Assembly (NCBI GenBank): GCA_028534125.1
Contig: CM052818.1
Location: 5,024,001-5,088,000 of the forward strand
DNA length: 64,000 nucleotides
Reading direction: 5' to 3'
Origin: Lama glama
Taxonomy: Eukaryota
Below the pieces are notes generated by a model. That model made no database searches and was not told the origin of the DNA. It was given only the letters and a program-made list of their open reading frames with translations. Of the stretch, positions 36,622 through 49,000 are shown one piece after another. The translations under genes were made by a program, and so were the position numbers. The stretch's first letter is position 1; every line of letters begins with the position of its first letter.

Positions 36622-37026
36622 TGTTTCCTTTTTTTTTTTTTAAATTTCAGCTTGATTAAAGTATACTTGACAAATAAAATCGTAAGATATTTAAAGTGTA
36701 TGTGGAGATTTGATATAGATATACATGGTGAAAGGATTTCTAGATAATTCACACAGCCATCACCTCCCAGATTTATCTTTGTGTGTCTGTGAGAACATTT
36801 AAGTTCTACTCGCTCACTGAATCTGAATTAAACGTACAATGTTATCAGCTATGGTCACCGTGTTTTACGTTAGATCCTCAGATCTTAATTCAGCTTACAG
36901 TAGAAAATTTGCACCCTTATACCAAACTCCCACTATTTCTCTCACCCCCTAACTCCCGAACCCTGGCAACCACTTTTCTACTTTCTGTTTCTATGGGTTT
37001 GACTTTTTTTTTAAGAGTCCACACAG
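36622..37026 (-). mobile_element. L1MA-type 3' end
   Basis: Poly-T then 'gtgagaacatttaagttctactc...tggtcaccgtgttttacgttagatcctcaga'; TSD aggtaagatttt (36610-36621 / 37027-37038). Confidence 0.85.
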
Positions 37027-37099
37027 AGGTAAGATTTTCTATATAGTGATATATCACAAGGAGTTTTACTTTCTATTTTCCCTTGGAAGAAAAATTTCT

Positions 37100-37520
37100 T
37101 TACCTACACGCTGTTTAAGGAAACTTACAGGTAAAGGAATCTATCCTAAGGAAATCATTTAAAATGTGGAAAAAGCCATACGTAAAAAAGTTGTCTTTAT
37201 AACGTTATTTATACTAGCAAACATTGGACAATATTCTAATATCTAACAAAGCATGGTTAGAAAAATAACTTTCATTTGATAAAGTAGTATGCAGTCAATA
37301 AAAATTATGAGCACATAGAAGTAGGGGAAATGTGGAATAAAATATTAAGTGAAGAAATTCAGAACACAAGATTATGGTATAATGGTATAATATGATGATA
37401 ATAATTTTAAGACACGCAAATAATAGAACACTAAAAGAGGATGCACAATGTTTATCATCATGTTAAGAAGTGAAACTGATTTTTTGCCCTCTTCAAAATT
37501 TTGTTATGCTCTTTTACTAA
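37100..37520 (+). mobile_element. Ancient L1ME 3' fragment
   Basis: 'aggaatctatcctaaggaaatcatt...gttatttatactagcaaacattggacaa'. Confidence 0.6.
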
Positions 37521-39554
37521 GGATAATTTAAATGCATTTTAAAATTTCCAAGAAATTATCTGAAATAAATCAGTAGTCAATATATACTTTTTTTTTTTTT
37601 TTCCTGAGAAGGCGTCAGCAATCACCACAGATTTTTGAGGAGAAAAATTCGGCAACTCCCACTTCCAAAAATGCGAACTTTGAAACCAGTATCCCAATGT
37701 GTGGTTTTTAGCAGTCAAACCTAATTTGCTTTTTACTGAATCAGAGCGCACATATATTTTATTGGGTAAGAATTCCCTCTCTCTTTCTTTCTTTTTTTTT
37801 TTTAATTTCCCTGGTTAGTAAATTTAACTCCAAACCACAGCATTTACATCCATCGGTTCCCGAAAACCCTGATGAGCCATTTCAGAAAAAACAAAACAAA
37901 TCAAAACAAAAGAACACATATGACAACAGCACACAACCGTCTCATGAAACTCTCTGCAAAGTTTGGGATGTACTTTCACGTGAATCTTGGCCTCTGTGCA
38001 GCACTGCTACACAATCATTTTCATCTGAGATTTGAACATATTGGAAGAGCTACAGTCTTCCTTTCTTTTATTCTGTCATTTCCCCCCCTGGAAGTGACAG
38101 GCATATGGCAGGCACCCTCCCTGGATTCTCAAACAACAGGAGGGACCTGATTTCAATTCCTACATCCTGTCATCAGTGACTCTCGGGATATTTTGTTCTT
38201 GCAAGGCTAAAGATGTGATTCAAATCTGCCATACGGACAGAGCTTAATGCAATGCTTTTTTTTTTTTTTTACCACTAGAGCCCTCAATCAGTTAATTAAA
38301 CATGATATAAATCACCGCCTGTATTTGTAAAGTAAGATTAATACGGCAAAGTCAAAATAAATGAGGAGTCCTTCCCATCCTAGGAGTGTGAATCACCGAT
38401 ATGAAGATTACACTTTTGGAAACTCAATACTTTTGAGCAGGCTTTGTGGGTTTAATCCTTCAGACTGCTTTGTGCAACCTGAAACCCGGAGCTGTCATCT
38501 TTAGCCAAAATTTCAGCCATAACTTCTTTGGCTTTCACCCCATTATTGAAATCAGCGTTCACAATACTTACCAAAGATCAAACCTTTCAGCAGACCACAG
38601 GCCAGTCTCTTACCACCTGGGACACCAGAAACATGTTGCATAAATATTTCATTTTGTTTGAACGTGAAGACTTTCCTCAGTTCCCCATTTTTTTTTCTTT
38701 CCTGGGGAGCTAAGGGCTACCCCCAAGCTGCACATTCCATCACTGTGGTCAGTTAGGTTTATAGCCTTAATAAAAGGATTTTCCCCTTTCACGTGCTAGG
38801 GAGCCTCGTTAAACCAGAGCAATTATAGAAACATAAGATAGGTGCTCTGTAAAGATCAAAGCTCACCTAAAGACAGCTCTGTAGGAATTTGGAGCTCTCT
38901 TTGAAAAGCGCTCAGTTTACAAAGCATAGAGGTATTAAACCCCAGGAATTAAAAAAAAAAAAAGCTTAGTTTCAAATACTGTTAAAAATCTGACAGTAGT
39001 TAATACAGGATCTCCTTCAGCCACTCTTTGTGTATTATTCCTAATATCTATTCACGGCATATCTGTAATAGCTCCAAAGGAACTATTATGCTCAGAAGAC
39101 ATATGCATCTGATGGATCCTTAATACCAAATACATTACCTACTCAGTAGGTACATTTTAACCTCAATATCCTAGCTCACAGGGAAGGGGGAGAAAATAGC
39201 CTGTAAATTTCTGTAGGAGGGGAAAAGAAAATGCGACGTGCCTGGCTCCTGTGCTTTGAGGCTCAGTTGGTGGGATCCCTGGTGGCTGTACCAGGTGACA
39301 ACAGCGCCTGCCCTTTGGGGCCACCGCGCAGCTCACCCAATTGCACCTGTCTTAGGCATTGTGATGTTTTCCTGGACCTCTCTAGTTTGTATCATGCCCC
39401 CTGAAAATGTGTGCACGCTTGTGGATTACATTTAAGAATAACATTGATAAACCCTGAGGGGTTTAAACTCAGCTGTGAGGCTGTGGGGGCTTCCAGGTGA
39501 CAAAGGGTTTGAGGAGTTCCTTTTCAAGTCTGATCCTTTGCAAGCCAAATTTCT

Positions 39555-39877
39555 TTCTTTTTTTTCTTTTTAATTGAAGTACAGTCAATTACAATGTGTC
39601 AATTTCTGGTGTGCAGCCCAATGTCCCAGTCATGCATGTACATACATATATTTGTTTTCATATTTTTTTCATTAAAGATTATTACAAGATATCAAACATA
39701 GTTCCTTGTGCTATACAGAAGAAACTTTTTTTTAATTCTATTTTTATATATAGTGGCTAACATTTGTAAATCTCAGACTCCCCAATTTTTCCCTTCCCAC
39801 CCCCTTTGCCTAGTAACCTTTAGATTGTTTACTAAGTCTGTGAGTCTGTTTCTGTTTTGTAGATGAGTTCATAGTGC
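39555..39877 (-). mobile_element. Camelid-type L1 3' end
   Basis: 'tttttaattgaagtacagtcaattacaatgtgtcaatttctggtg...gagtctgtttctgttttgtagatgagttcat'. Confidence 0.9.
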
Positions 39878-40127
39878 GCAGCTTCTTAATAAAACAGAGC
39901 AGTGTAAATGGGCTCAGCCTGAGGTTTTGAATTCCCCCCTTCTGTTTCAGAAAATAAGTTATTTAAAAGGCAGCTTTGGCCAGGGACATTTTGATATCGA
40001 TTTAGAGAACGCTGTTTGGAAGGGGTTCAGTGTTCAGTAGCCTTAGCTTTGAAATATGCAGAGATAAGTCCAAATCCCTCACTTTATATCAGCATATCCA
40101 TTTTTAAGAAAACATTTTAATGATAAA

Positions 40128-40372
40128 AATAAGAGCTGATATTTGCTGACTGCTCGTTACGTGCTAGGCTCTATGCCAAGCAGGTGACAGAGAATACCTT
40201 ATTTAGTCTTCATAGCAACCCGATGAAGTGCATTTTGTTAGTGTATTTATTTTATAGAGGAGGAGGCTACAGCACAGAGGTGTTGTGTAATTTGCCAAAA
40301 TCACACAGCCAGTAAAAGGCGAAGTTGTGAGGCTAAATCTGGTTTACATAACTCAAGAAGCCAAGCTTTTAC
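40128..40372 (-). mobile_element. MIR SINE
   Basis: 'tagtcttcatagcaacccgatgaag...gcacagaggtgttgtgtaatttgccaaaatcacacagccagtaa'. Confidence 0.8.
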
Positions 40373-40824
40373 AGCCTGTGGCTATCTGATTTGAAGTGTA
40401 TTTTTCTGTCGTGACCTCAAGTTTCTATTTTACAGTTTCTTTTTATTTAGTAGTAACTTATAGGAGTTGAAATTAAAGTTAATAGGGGTTTTAGTTTGTT
40501 TGTTTGTTTGTTTTTTCCTGACTAATGTCCTGCTTTGAATTTTGGTGTTAACTGGATAATGTAATTCTAAGTTGTGTGTTTCTCACAGTTTATTTTGGGA
40601 AATGCCCTACACTCAAAATAAATTGAGAGAATTTCATGATAGTAAACAACTTTTTCTTTTTTTTTTTTGCCTTGGAATACCGTTCCATCATTCACCTAAG
40701 AAATGTCCTTATTGAAAGCAAAAAATTCAGTTATCTTGTTTGTATTCCCTTTAAATAAAGCTTTTCCTTTGACTAGCTCAAGATTCTAGTATTTTATCTA
40801 ATGATGGAGGAGACTGTTTCAGAT

Positions 40825-41060
40825 TTGGAAGGATTATGTTGCAATTTAAGTCAGATAGGTCTGAATTAGAATCTTAGCCTCACCAACATTTGGTCCTGTA
40901 ATCTTGGGTAACTAGTTAAATTCTTTTAAGGTCAGTAGATTATCGTTGGTAAAATGAGACAAAGTAATGCTAACGATACACTGTTGCCGTGAGAACTAAC
41001 GTGAATAACATATATATAACACCAGCAGAGGTGTGACCCATGGTGTTTCAAGAAATAGTA
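40825..41060 (+). mobile_element. MIR SINE (degenerate)
   Basis: 'aagtcagataggtctgaattagaatcttagcctcacca...tgtaatcttgggtaactagttaa'. Confidence 0.65.
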
Positions 41061-42044
41061 CTTTCTCATCTCCTCCTCTTGACTGTATTTATAATAGATC
41101 TGGTTGAAAAGTTTCCCCATTCTCCCTTAGAAAGCCTTTGGAAGTCATGCTTTAAGAATCGGACATTTTATGAGAAAATAATTCTGAGCTTCTGATCAAG
41201 CTCGGGTCCTTGTATCATCCTGAAGCCCTTTCACCACCCCTGCGGGACCCAAAACTGACCACGAGGAAACGTTCACCTGTCAGAGCTCTGCTTGATCATT
41301 AGCTATCAAGAGGACCCTTGAAATAAGAGAAAAAGGTACAGTTTCAGTGTTTAGATTATGAACGTTGTGGATTTTAAGAGTTTTCTAGCCGTCTTTGGAG
41401 GATTGTCAGATCTCATTTGAACAAATACCTCAACCTCGGCAACAGGGTTTGTCATCCTGCCCTTTAAGACCTTGTCACCCACTGCTCCAGGACAGGCCAC
41501 TTCCTCTGAGGCCGCGGAGACTGGCCTGCATGGCCAACCAGCCTCTAGCTTCTTGCTGGTATGCAATAAATATGAATAATTATTCAATCAATCAATATGC
41601 CACCTTTCATAAGCACTAAATTTCTTTCCCGGTATAAAAACACAGCTGACATTTTATGGAAATTTAAGACTTTTTGAAGGGTCATTTTATCTTTGATCTG
41701 AGTATGTGTCTACAGAAACGTATAGCTATGCCAATAGCCTCTTAAAAGGGACCGTTGGTGTCAAAAAATGTTTATCCTGCCTCTTGAGTCTCCCCGTCTT
41801 CACTTCCTTCACGTTTCGTAATCTTTGTCTGCATAGAATACTCTCACTGTGTTGAGAAACGTTCAACATGTAGCATGACTGTAAGATCAGATCTCCTTAA
41901 AAAACGCCATTTTAGTGAACTGTGAAAAGCTGGCTGTCGCTGAATTTAGATGATTCTGCTTCTTACCCGAAGGCTTGCCTACTCCACTAGCCCGTGCCTA
42001 CACAGAAACACTTGGTACTTCAGTCAGAACATTTGCTTTCCCTG

Positions 42045-42233
42045 TGGGGTTGTCAGAGTTAGCAAAGAAAAATACATGGTGCCCAGCCAAATCAGAGTTT
42101 CGTCGGATAAACCATGAACACTTTTTAGGATAAATATGTCTCATGCAATATTTGGGACATACACTAAAATAGTATGCGTGGTTTATCAAACGCCTATTTC
42201 TTTGGGCTTCCTGTATGTTATCTGGCAACTCTA
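42045..42233. mobile_element. MER53 palindromic hAT MITE
   Basis: Termini 'tggggttgtcagagttagcaaagaaaaatac' and 'ctgtatgttatctggcaactcta'; central 'atgtctcatgcaatatttgggacata'. Confidence 0.85.
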
Positions 42234-42554
42234 TTTCTTTCACCTCTTTGACGAATAAAATTACAGACTCAATCTTGGTTCTGTCAACTCTTATGGGATT
42301 CAATAACATGCCATGTGGTGGTCACAGAAGGGGGGTTCTGCCTTTGCGTAAACACCAAGAGGACTTCAAGCCAGAGATTGAGGACTAAGTCAGAAGGGAT
42401 GATTTTGATCATCGGGAAGGGCTGAGAATATCAGGCTATGAAGCCCCAGATTGTAATTCAATTTTCTGCTGTGCTTGATTCGTTTTGCTTGAAGGCAAAA
42501 ATGAAAATAACTTCATTAAAATAGTAAAGCCGTCTACCTCTGGATAGTTTATTC

Positions 42555-42630
42555 ATGATTCATTCCTTCATTCATTCAACAAATATTTATTGAAGACCTA
42601 CTATGTGTCAGAAACTGGGTGGCAGTTATA
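42555..42630 (-). mobile_element. L2 3' terminus
   Basis: 'tcattcattcaacaaatatttattgaagacctactatgtgtcag'. Confidence 0.75.
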
Positions 42631-42712
42631 ACAGTAATTCTATGTTTATGTTATACTTAACGTTCAGGTTCAAGGGTATTATGTGTACCTGGATTTTAAC
42701 GGTGGTCATGTT

Positions 42713-42843
42713 GGTAGATTTTTCCCTTGGGGGAAGTAATTAGGTTTATTTATTTTATTTTAGAGGAGGTGCTGGGGATTGAACCCAGGACTTTGTGCAC
42801 GCTAAGCATGCGCTCTACCACTTGAGCTACACCCTCCCCCTGC
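42713..42843 (-). mobile_element. Vic-1-type camelid SINE
   Basis: 'gtaattaggtttatttatt...ctggggattgaacccaggactttgtgcacgctaagcatgcgctctaccacttgagctacaccctcccc'; TSD aacggtggtcatgtt (42698-42712) / aacggtgatcatttt (42844-42858). Confidence 0.9.
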
Positions 42844-44061
42844 AACGGTGATCATTTTGAATAGCAATGGCCGTGGGTGCCTAAATCACGCTTCTTGCCT
42901 TTTAATCAAACATCAATAGCAGATGTCAGGGGTGCTCGTCATAACTAATGAAGCACATTTTATTGGAAGTCTTTTCGTTTTGCCTTTAAAAATAGCTGTA
43001 TACTTAGAAGATTATGTTATATCAATACTTATATTTTTATATCTACAGCTACATCTTGGAAAAGATCCTGGTTTTCCATAGCACTGAGTTAAATTATGAG
43101 TCATCCTCTATTTTGAGAAACCAGAAGGTCAAAATATTGTTCAGGTATATTGCTTCATCTGTCAGGCATCAAAATGACTCCTATCAATTGTCCGTCTTAA
43201 TTTTTAAGTCATTTTTACCCATTTTGAGGTTATGGCGAATTTTACACATATCTGATTGGATTCAGTCAAATCGGCCGTGCAGCTTTTACTACGCCTTGTA
43301 ATTTTTTTCATTACAATAAAAAGCCTTTTAAATCACTGCTACTTAGAATTATATTGAAAATACTTGTGATACTTTTATATACAGTGCGTTTAATGCCAGG
43401 ATGTGAAAGCAAATTGATTGTAGGCAATTCTGTGCTTGAGTATCCCAGAGTAAAAAGAATTACGCTAGTAACCCTGGGGACCTCCTGCTCTCAGAGAGGC
43501 TGTCTGTGCACTGAGCGATCCACTGGCAGGTGAAAAAAAAAGAAGAGATTGCTCAGTTCTGGTCTGAAAATGTAGAAACACATTTTCACTTGGAGAAATA
43601 ATTTTTGAGGGGGAAAAAAAGCACCACAAGAGACTCGTATGTTTAATGTTTTTAATTTAGTAAAGTGAGCTGCAAGGAAACGGTGTCATCTTGGCAATAA
43701 GCATTTGAACATCTTTTAACAGTGACTTAAAGGCAGCCAACTTGCCATCTGGAGGGTGTGCTGGGTGTGGAGTGGCTTGGACGGATCAGCAGATAAAACC
43801 CTCAAGGACTTTCCGCTGGTCAGAGTGAGAAGTACTTGGAGCTTTTAACCGGAGTCTCTGAGGACACACACCTCAATCAGCTTGGGGGAGCAGCTGAAGT
43901 GTCTCAGGAATGAATTTAGACTGTCCTGCACACGTTAGAGAGAATGAATTAATGTTCGGGGAGGGGCCTTTGGTCGCCATTATGAGCCCTGATGAGTTGT
44001 TCTTGATTCTTATTTCTTGGGTCGTCAAGGTGAAGCACGCAGGAAATCCAAGAGGGCGTGG

Positions 44062-44212
44062 CTTTTCTTTGTAGTTCCAATTGTACAAGCTCTTCTGTCA
44101 AAGTTCAGTAGGTCATCTGTGAGACTCATTCCACGTGGAGACGTATTTTTGATGTATACATGGGAGAGGGTGAGCTCCGCGTCCTTCTATTCCGCCATCT
44201 TGAAGCTCCTCC
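44062..44212 (-). mobile_element. Isolated L1 5'-end (5'UTR start) fragment
   Basis: Reverse complement 'ggaggagcttcaagatggcggaatagaaggacgcggagctcaccctctccc...catcaaaaatac...ctcacagatgacctactgaac' resembles a laurasiatherian L1 5' terminus with YY1 motif CAAGATGGCG. Confidence 0.7.
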
Positions 44213-44689
44213 TTGGCGTTTCAATGAAGGCAAGAAGCCAGAAGTGTCAGGTGTGATGTTAGCAGCTGGACCAGCTGCATGTACTTACTTCCCTTCCCAA
44301 GCTTAGTGGGAGCAGACATTGAGGAAGGGGTGAAGGCAGGAAATAAAGAGATAGATATGTGTGTTGATGTGGGCCATTAATACCTGGAGGGGCCAGAAGG
44401 GCAAAAATGTCCAGACAAGCGGGCCTGGGGACAGTCTGGTTCTAAATGAAAGTCAGGTGTCTCATATAAAAGCACATTCTATCAAGGAGATGGCCTTGAA
44501 CAACTTTTAGAAGGAACTTAATGACACAGTGGCCATAGGCCCTCATTGGGACCAAAGCTTCTTAGCACCACCAATTCCTGCGAAGAGTGCTTCATCCAAG
44601 ACCCTACCTCTGGGCTCTCAGTCTTGCCCAGATACGGCTCCACCGTGTGTGCCGTTCACATCAGGTTACAATGACCGGCTTCTGTTTGG

Positions 44690-44850
44690 AGAGGCAGTGC
44701 ATGCAGAGGGATGTGAGCGTGTAGACCCCGGCACCCGCTGCTACCTTCTAACCCCAGCACTGTCATGACTTGGCTCTGCAGCTTTAGGCAAATGATATAA
44801 CCTCTCTGTGCCTTGGCGTCTTCATCTGCAAGCCGGGAAGGACTGAGTCA
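44690..44850 (+). mobile_element. MIR fragment
   Basis: 'ggcaaatgatataacctctctgtgccttggcgtcttcatctgcaa'. Confidence 0.75.
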
Positions 44851-45299
44851 ACACATAGAAAGTTCTTGGTTACCACCGTCACCTGCATCTTCCCGGGAAG
44901 GCTGTGCGACTTCACTCTGAGGCTGCTCGTTATTCTGGCGGTCACACGTGCTGAGAAAATCAAAGTGTGTGAATGCAGGGAGGCAATGAGAGCATTTGCA
45001 TGTGTGTTTATTAGAGTAATTGCCCCTGGCCACAGTGAGGACCTGACTGACAACAAAAGCACTGCATCATTTAAGTCCTTGCAATAAAATGTCCTGTGTA
45101 AATATTGTTGAAAGATGGGTCCCCAGTATTTTCTTTTTTATAGGTAACTGTAGCCCAGAGAATTGAGTCCTGTAGCCAGGTATTGGTAGCACCAAGACTG
45201 ACCTTCACATCCCTTGTCATCCTGACTACTGCCCATTCCATGACACGTGCCAACTTTGAGTCTTTATTGCAAAACAGATTCAATCCAATCATTATTAGG

Positions 45300-45740
45300 A
45301 GGCCCTTCTTACTATTTGCCACCAGAACAATAGCACCTCTCTTAAGTCTCCTGGATCACCCTCCAGATTATTCATCTGTGTCTCCTAAAAGCTGTCTGCC
45401 AAAATGGTGGGATTCACCGCCAGTCCTGTCCAAAAGGTAACGCCAATCATCGCACCACTGGCTGGTTACAACAGGCTTTGCCAGCCTTTCTTAAAGAGGA
45501 TTGTTAAAATGTTTTGCCCATGGGCCCCACCTCCCGTTTTACCATCCATCATGCTCCACATCAGTTCTGTCCTTCCACCTGTTGGGGATAGTCCCTTGAC
45601 CTCAAACACACCTTGTTATTTCTACCGCAATGGCTTTGTTCCTGTCTTACGTCTTACCTGGAGTGGCCTTTCTGCTCCCCTCCATCTTACAAGGTCCTGC
45701 TCAGTCTTCCCTCTCCCATGGAGCCTTTATCAAATATCCC
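45300..45740 (+). mobile_element. L2 fragment (degenerate)
   Basis: 'cctcaaacacacc...ggctttgttcctgtc...cctggagtggcctttc' L2-like. Confidence 0.45.
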
Positions 45741-47029
45741 CGCTCACAGCTAGTTAGTTGAAGCAGCTAAGGGTTAATGCCACATTCTGTTTTGATAGAC
45801 TAGAGCCAGTAAACCTCCATGATATCTCGGTGTCCTTTATGAATATGGCTGAACCCAGACCTCTGCTCTTTTAGGCCAGAGCTGAGTATGTTTGGACATG
45901 CAGTCTGGCCGTCTGCACTACGGACTAACGCGACTGCTTGTTGTCTGGTCTTCCCGAGAATGCATTATATAGATTGCAGTTCATTTAGAATGCAGCTGCC
46001 GGGGTCGTGACTCACACAAAGATTAATCATTACGCCTGGGTTAGCTTCATTACTTTGACTACCCATTACATCTTACTGAGATTATAAAATGTTGCTTTTA
46101 ACTTACAAGGCCTACACTAGCATCCACTTATCTCCAAGACATGCATTTATGCTGTTTTCTTTGGTATTATCAGGTCACTGAAAATTGCTGGTATTTCCCA
46201 TAAGCTTTGACTTCAAAAATTAAGTCATGCTGAAACTTTCTGACACCAGATTGAGGAACATGTCCAGAAGAGAAAGCCTATCATGGATTTTATTATAAAT
46301 AATATGTAATTTTACAGAGCATCTCTAAAGGGTTGGAGTGAAAATTTTAATAAGAGAACCCATCTACCTGCATTTTCTGTGGCTTTATTTTGTTCCCTGA
46401 AACATGTGATTCAGCTCAATCCTGAAAAAGGAAAAATCTAAAGAGAAGTGTTACCACTGCTCCCAGTACACAGTGAGCAGAAGTGGAAAAATTCAGAAAG
46501 AAGATATTTACCCACAAAAATATATAAATTTTTGTTGTTTTATCAATTTTAGCTGTATAAATTCAGCTAAGAGAAATGAAAAAGAATGGCAAATAGAGAT
46601 GGATTTGATTCATTTCCCCAAATCTCTATCCATGTGAGGTCTTGCCAGGAACAGAAAGGAAAGAAGACTAATGTTAAAAAGAGAAGATAATTGTGCAAGG
46701 ATGCTTGGCACACATCTCCAATTGTCATCCCTGACGATTACGTTGTAAAGAACTTAAAATTCAGTCTTAAAATATATGTGATAAGTGTGTGGACCTGAAG
46801 AGGAAATGGGAAATTAAAGATGTTGTGAATGGTTATACTGACGATCAAAAGTTGTATATTCGGGTTTCAATCCTTGTATGAAATTTTGAATATCTCATTT
46901 TCTTAGTGAAAACTTAAACTTACATGTGGGTCTTGGGGCAGGTCATGAAGATGAACTTATTTCTGATCGATCTCAAAAATTGGATGAGGTCCACCAAATA
47001 TGACTGGCAAGTAAATACAGAATTACCAC

Positions 47030-47275
47030 CAACAACAAAAATGCAGAATGAGTTTATCCTAGGCCAGGTATTATTTTAAGCCCTCTGCATAGAGTAACTT
47101 GTTTTTTCCTCACCATACCTCTGCAAGATCGGTACTACTGTCATCTTCATTTTACAGGTGACGAAGCTGAGGCTGAGAGGTCAAGAAACTCGACCAGTTA
47201 CATAGCTAGTGAGTGCTGGCATTGGGATTCAGACTCAGCTGGCCTGGCTCCTGAATCCATGTTTGTAACTGCCCT
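47030..47275 (-). mobile_element. MIR SINE
   Basis: 'cattttacaggtgacgaagctgaggctgagaggtcaagaaact...catagctagtgagtgctggcattgggattcagactcag'. Confidence 0.85.
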
Positions 47276-48634
47276 GATGTGCTACATCTTGGAGTCAATG
47301 TAGGTGAGCATCTTCCAGTTATATCAAAAATTATCCAAGACTGATATTATCAAAATAGCAATTTGAAGGCAAGGAGAACAAGGGATGATGGATGTGATGA
47401 TTTATTATTACTGATTAGGGTCCAGAGTTCAAATGCAAGAGAAGAGGGTCTATTCCTTAGTCTGGAAAGGATTTGTGATCACAGGTGGATGGGAGATGAC
47501 TTAATTTGATGGAGAAAGGAGGGTTTTCAGAGCAAAGAGTCTGGTATGTCATTGAGAATATAGTCTGAAAACATTCTTGCGATTTATCTTAAATACCCTG
47601 CCACTCCTAGATCTAAACGTTTGTGTCAAAGAATAGAATAATCATTTAAATTGGGAACACAGGCACAATTAGGGAGCATTTGTTCATATGGATAAAGTTT
47701 AAGTCTTGACTATTTTAAATGAGCAGAACTTGCAGTAGTCAAACAAGAATCAGCCATCATAAAAGAAGCAAGGACATAGAAAGAAGAAAAGCATGCAAAT
47801 TCTTATCCTAGCTCTGGAATTAATGTGTCCCATGGATTCAGTCATATCAGACCTTCTTTATTGTTTCTTGAGAACCTAGAGGAGAAACTGTATGCACCAG
47901 TGCCTTAAAATCTATGACGGAATCTTCCACCGTTTTTTATTGTTATTAGGAAAGCCAATACATTTATCTAGCAATGTGATGTGTTCTGTGTTGTTCTTTT
48001 CTGTACCATTGGATTGTAATTTCTTTTGATCAAGGACATTTTCTTTCTTTTTTTTTTTTTTTTTTTTTACTGTGACTTGAGCTTTTCACTCAGGGGACCT
48101 TTAATTTGTGTCAACATACTAAATGTGAAAAATAGAGGTTTGGTTCGGTTTCCCAAACATGCATGGATTCTGACTGTGTACCGGGAGCTGTGCTAACTCA
48201 CAGGGACACGGAATGACTTAGATGTGGGCCCTGCCCTCGAGGGACGTAGTCTTGTTGAGTTCGCTGTAAAGCATGTGCCTACAGGGGTCATAGGTTTAGG
48301 GTCTGCCAGTCATTTTGCAGATTTCCCCTTCAGTGTCCTATTCCTGCTGGAATCATTTTGTGTGTCTCACCCTTAGCCTCTACATCTTGTAAACTGGTGA
48401 AAATTTATCTGCCATCCATCATTTGGGGACTTGACAAATGCCATTTTGAAAAAAAAAAAAAAACCGACAAATCCGAAAACCCACCCTCTTTAAGAAAGCA
48501 AAACAAAGCAATAAAACATCTCAACATCTCAGAATAATTTTTGATGTCACTTTATAAAACTTGGTATGAAAATGAATTCTTCATATTAATCTTTCTTTCC
48601 GAAGAAGGGGAGAGACCTTAGGAAAGCAAGCTAA

Positions 48635-49000
48635 CGGACTAATACTCAACCATAAAAAGGAATGAAGTACTGATTCACGTTATAACAGAGATGAACCTTG
48701 AAAACATTCTTCTAAGTAAAAGAAGTCAGACACCGAAGGCGACCATTCCATTCATATGAAATGTCCCGAGTAGGCAAATCCCTAGAGGCAGAAAGTGGTT
48801 GAGTGGGTTTTAGGGGCTAGAAGCAGGGAGGATTGGGGGTGAGCGCCAAGAGGTATGGAGTCGCTTTTTGGAATGATGAAAATGTTCTGCAATTAGATAA
48901 TGGTGATGGTTACCCAACTTCGTGAACCGAATAGAAGGCACAAAACTGCACACCTTAAAGAGTGAATTGTGTGATATGTGACTTACATCTCAAAAAAAGC
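48635..49000 (+). mobile_element. L1MB-type 3' end
   Basis: 'ccataaaaaggaatgaagtactgattcac...atgaaccttgaaaacatt...tgatgaaaatgttctgcaattagataatggtgatggtt'. Confidence 0.85.
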
